Position numbers and translations under genes: made by a program. A stretch of 64,000 nucleotides of DNA from an uncultured Armatimonadetes bacterium (lineage in GTDB: Bacteria; Armatimonadota; UBA5829; DTJY01): positions 2,464,001 to 2,528,000 of the forward strand of contig OY970325.1 in NCBI GenBank assembly GCA_963717145.1, in the 5' to 3' direction. How positions within the stretch are numbered: position 1 is the stretch's first letter; every line of letters begins with the position of its first letter. This document shows positions 62,610 to 64,000 of the stretch, in pieces. The notes under the pieces are model-generated. The model ran no database searches and had not been told where the DNA came from. It was given only the letters and a program-made list of their open reading frames with translations.

Positions 62610-62777
62610 CTAGTCTTGATCGCAGACAGCCAGGTAACCCCTCATGGCCTCTTGGATGTTGGTCAGCGCTTCTTCTCTCGTCTTGCCCTGAGAATGACAC
62701 ACGGGAAGGGCCGGAACGCTGGCAACGATCCAGCCGCTTTCCCCCTGCTCAAGGACAACGGCATATCTAGGTTTCAC
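62610..62777 (-). CDS. Short HicB-family antitoxin-like protein (55 aa, absent from ORF track)
   Basis: Manual translation MKPRYAVVLEQGESGWIVASVPALPVCHSQGKTREEALTNIQEAMRGYLAVCDQD; AGGAGG 8 nt upstream. Confidence 0.85.
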   Translation of the reverse strand: MKPRYAVVLEQGESGWIVASVPALPVCHSQGKTREEALTNIQEAMRGYLAVCDQD

Positions 62778-63771
62778 TCGCACTACCTCCTGATCCCGTA
62801 ACTAGAGTAACGCACTGGGGGCGAAATGTCAACGCTCGACAGGTCGGTAGTCCTTCAACCTCGATCGGGATCTGCACGATATCCGACACGCCGGACTTGG
62901 TGAGGTGGCACGTCAGGATCGTGGTCTGCTTGCAGTTCTTGAACGGCGAGTCGAAGAGGAAGTTGCCGAGACTGTACGCGATCACCCCGCCGTGGTACTT
63001 CTCGACCTTCTGCAGGACGTGCGGATGGTGGCCGAGAATGAGGTCCGCGCCGGCGTCGATGATCTTGTGGGCAAGCTCGACCTGGGCGGGCTGCGAATGC
63101 ATCCGGTACTCGATGCCCCAGTGGAGGCTGACGATCACGACATCCGCCTGCTCGGACGCCTGCCGGACCTCCGACTCGATCGTCTCGGTATCGAGGTAGG
63201 ACGAGTTCGGCGCATCCGGGCGGAACCATGCGCCCTCCGGCAGCCACGCGTTCCGGGCAAGGAAGGCGATCCTGATCCCCTTCAAGGTCATGATGACCGG
63301 CAGAGCCGCGTCCGACGGAGTGTCCCCCGCGCCGATGTATGCGATCCCACTCTTCGCGAGATAGTGCATCGTCTCGATGAGGCCCGGACGGCTGCAGTCC
63401 ATGCTGTGGTTGTTCGCCAGCGATATCATGTCGAACCCCCCGTCGGTCAGGCATTCGACGTTCGCCGGATCTGCCTTGAAGCAGATCGGCTTCGTGACCT
63501 TGATGCCCCGAGCCGAGAGCGGGCACTCCAGGTTGCAGAAAGCAAGGTCAGCCCCCCGAGTCGTCTCCCGGACGCCCTTGAACGGCCACTCGATGCCGTA
63601 CTTCCTGATCTGCTTGTCGATCCCGCGGTCGAGCATCACATCACCGACCGCCATGAGCGTGATCGACGGCTCCGGCGCAGGCGGACGCACCTGGCGCTTC
63701 CTGCATCCACTCGGGCCTGTGAGTAGAATCGCGATGCCGAGCAGCCAGACTGTCCGCCGGAATTCTAGCAA
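62767..63771 (-). CDS. CapA-family (PGA_cap) metallophosphatase-fold protein; true stop may be near 62829
   Basis: AVGDVML, NLECP, LANNHSMD, LHWGIEY, GHHPHVLQ, YSLGNFLF. Confidence 0.93.
   Translation of the reverse strand: MLEFRRTVWLLGIAILLTGPSGCRKRQVRPPAPEPSITLMAVGDVMLDRGIDKQIRKYGIEWPFKGVRETTRGADLAFCNLECPLSARGIKVTKPICFKADPANVECLTDGGFDMISLANNHSMDCSRPGLIETMHYLAKSGIAYIGAGDTPSDAALPVIMTLKGIRIAFLARNAWLPEGAWFRPDAPNSSYLDTETIESEVRQASEQADVVIVSLHWGIEYRMHSQPAQVELAHKIIDAGADLILGHHPHVLQKVEKYHGGVIAYSLGNFLFDSPFKNCKQTTILTCHLTKSGVSDIVQIPIEVEGLPTCRALTFRPQCVTLVTGSGGSASET
62804..62832 (-). promoter_or_regulatory. Promoter upstream of the hicB-like gene
   Basis: TTGACA-17 nt-TACTCT. Confidence 0.6.
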
Positions 63772-64000
63772 CCTGTACTGTAGACCTCCCTTGGCAGAGG
63801 CTCCTCACGGGTAGTCCCCGGCATGAAACTCTTGATCCAGTCCGGCGGCGGCGGAGCTTTCTTCTGCTTCAGCATCTCCTGCCACTTCTCGTCGGTAAGC
63901 CGGTCGCTGGAGGGATGCACGAATTCGTGATAGGAGAAGACGGCCCCTCTCGTGAGATAGAGCTTCCCCTCAATGGGCACGACGACGTAGACTTCGTTCG
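63765..64000 (-). CDS. DUF3160-like protein, 3' end only
   Basis: VYVVVPIEGKLYLTRGAVFSYHEF...RLTDEKWQEML. Confidence 0.75.
   Translation of the reverse strand, partial: NEVYVVVPIEGKLYLTRGAVFSYHEFVHPSSDRLTDEKWQEMLKQKKAPPPPDWIKSFMPGTTREEPLPREVYSTGC

Noticed and set aside
62571-62801. 76-aa plus-strand ORF
   Set aside because: Antisense to the hicB-like gene, which has the RBS, promoter and family motif

Overview
GC-rich bacterial chromosome segment. Almost every gene is on the minus strand; only rpmB is on +. Gene content and protein style suggest Armatimonadota (inference, not verified). In transcription order (right to left): DUF3160 (partial), capA-like; a small accessory insert (orphan hicB-like gene, stand-alone colicin E3-type rRNase domain, unknown 81-aa partner) coupled to trpS; an ECF sigma/anti-sigma/membrane-protein operon; an ABC ATPase; rpmB; CBS-DUF1385, DUF1858, argS; a sugar-catabolism cassette; alaS-ruvX-mltG-yqeG-aroE; a ~30-kb complete type IV pilus-like locus (pilB, pilT, pilC, pilD, a prepilin, giant PilV/W/X-like proteins, two very large beta-propeller proteins, pilMNOP, a stand-alone STN/Gly-Met protein, secretin); then rplJ-rplL, rpoB-rpoC, rpsL-rpsG-fusA. 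rpoB/rpoC and several other genes carry frameshifts that are most probably consensus errors. Intergenic regions hold at least five families of palindromic REP/REPIN-like elements. Best candidates for new biology: the colicin-E3/partner pair fused to trpS, the giant minor-pilin cassette with a shared repeated module, an rpsL leader attenuator, and a zinc ribbon inserted in RpoB. All family calls are motif recognition by eye; no database searches were run.
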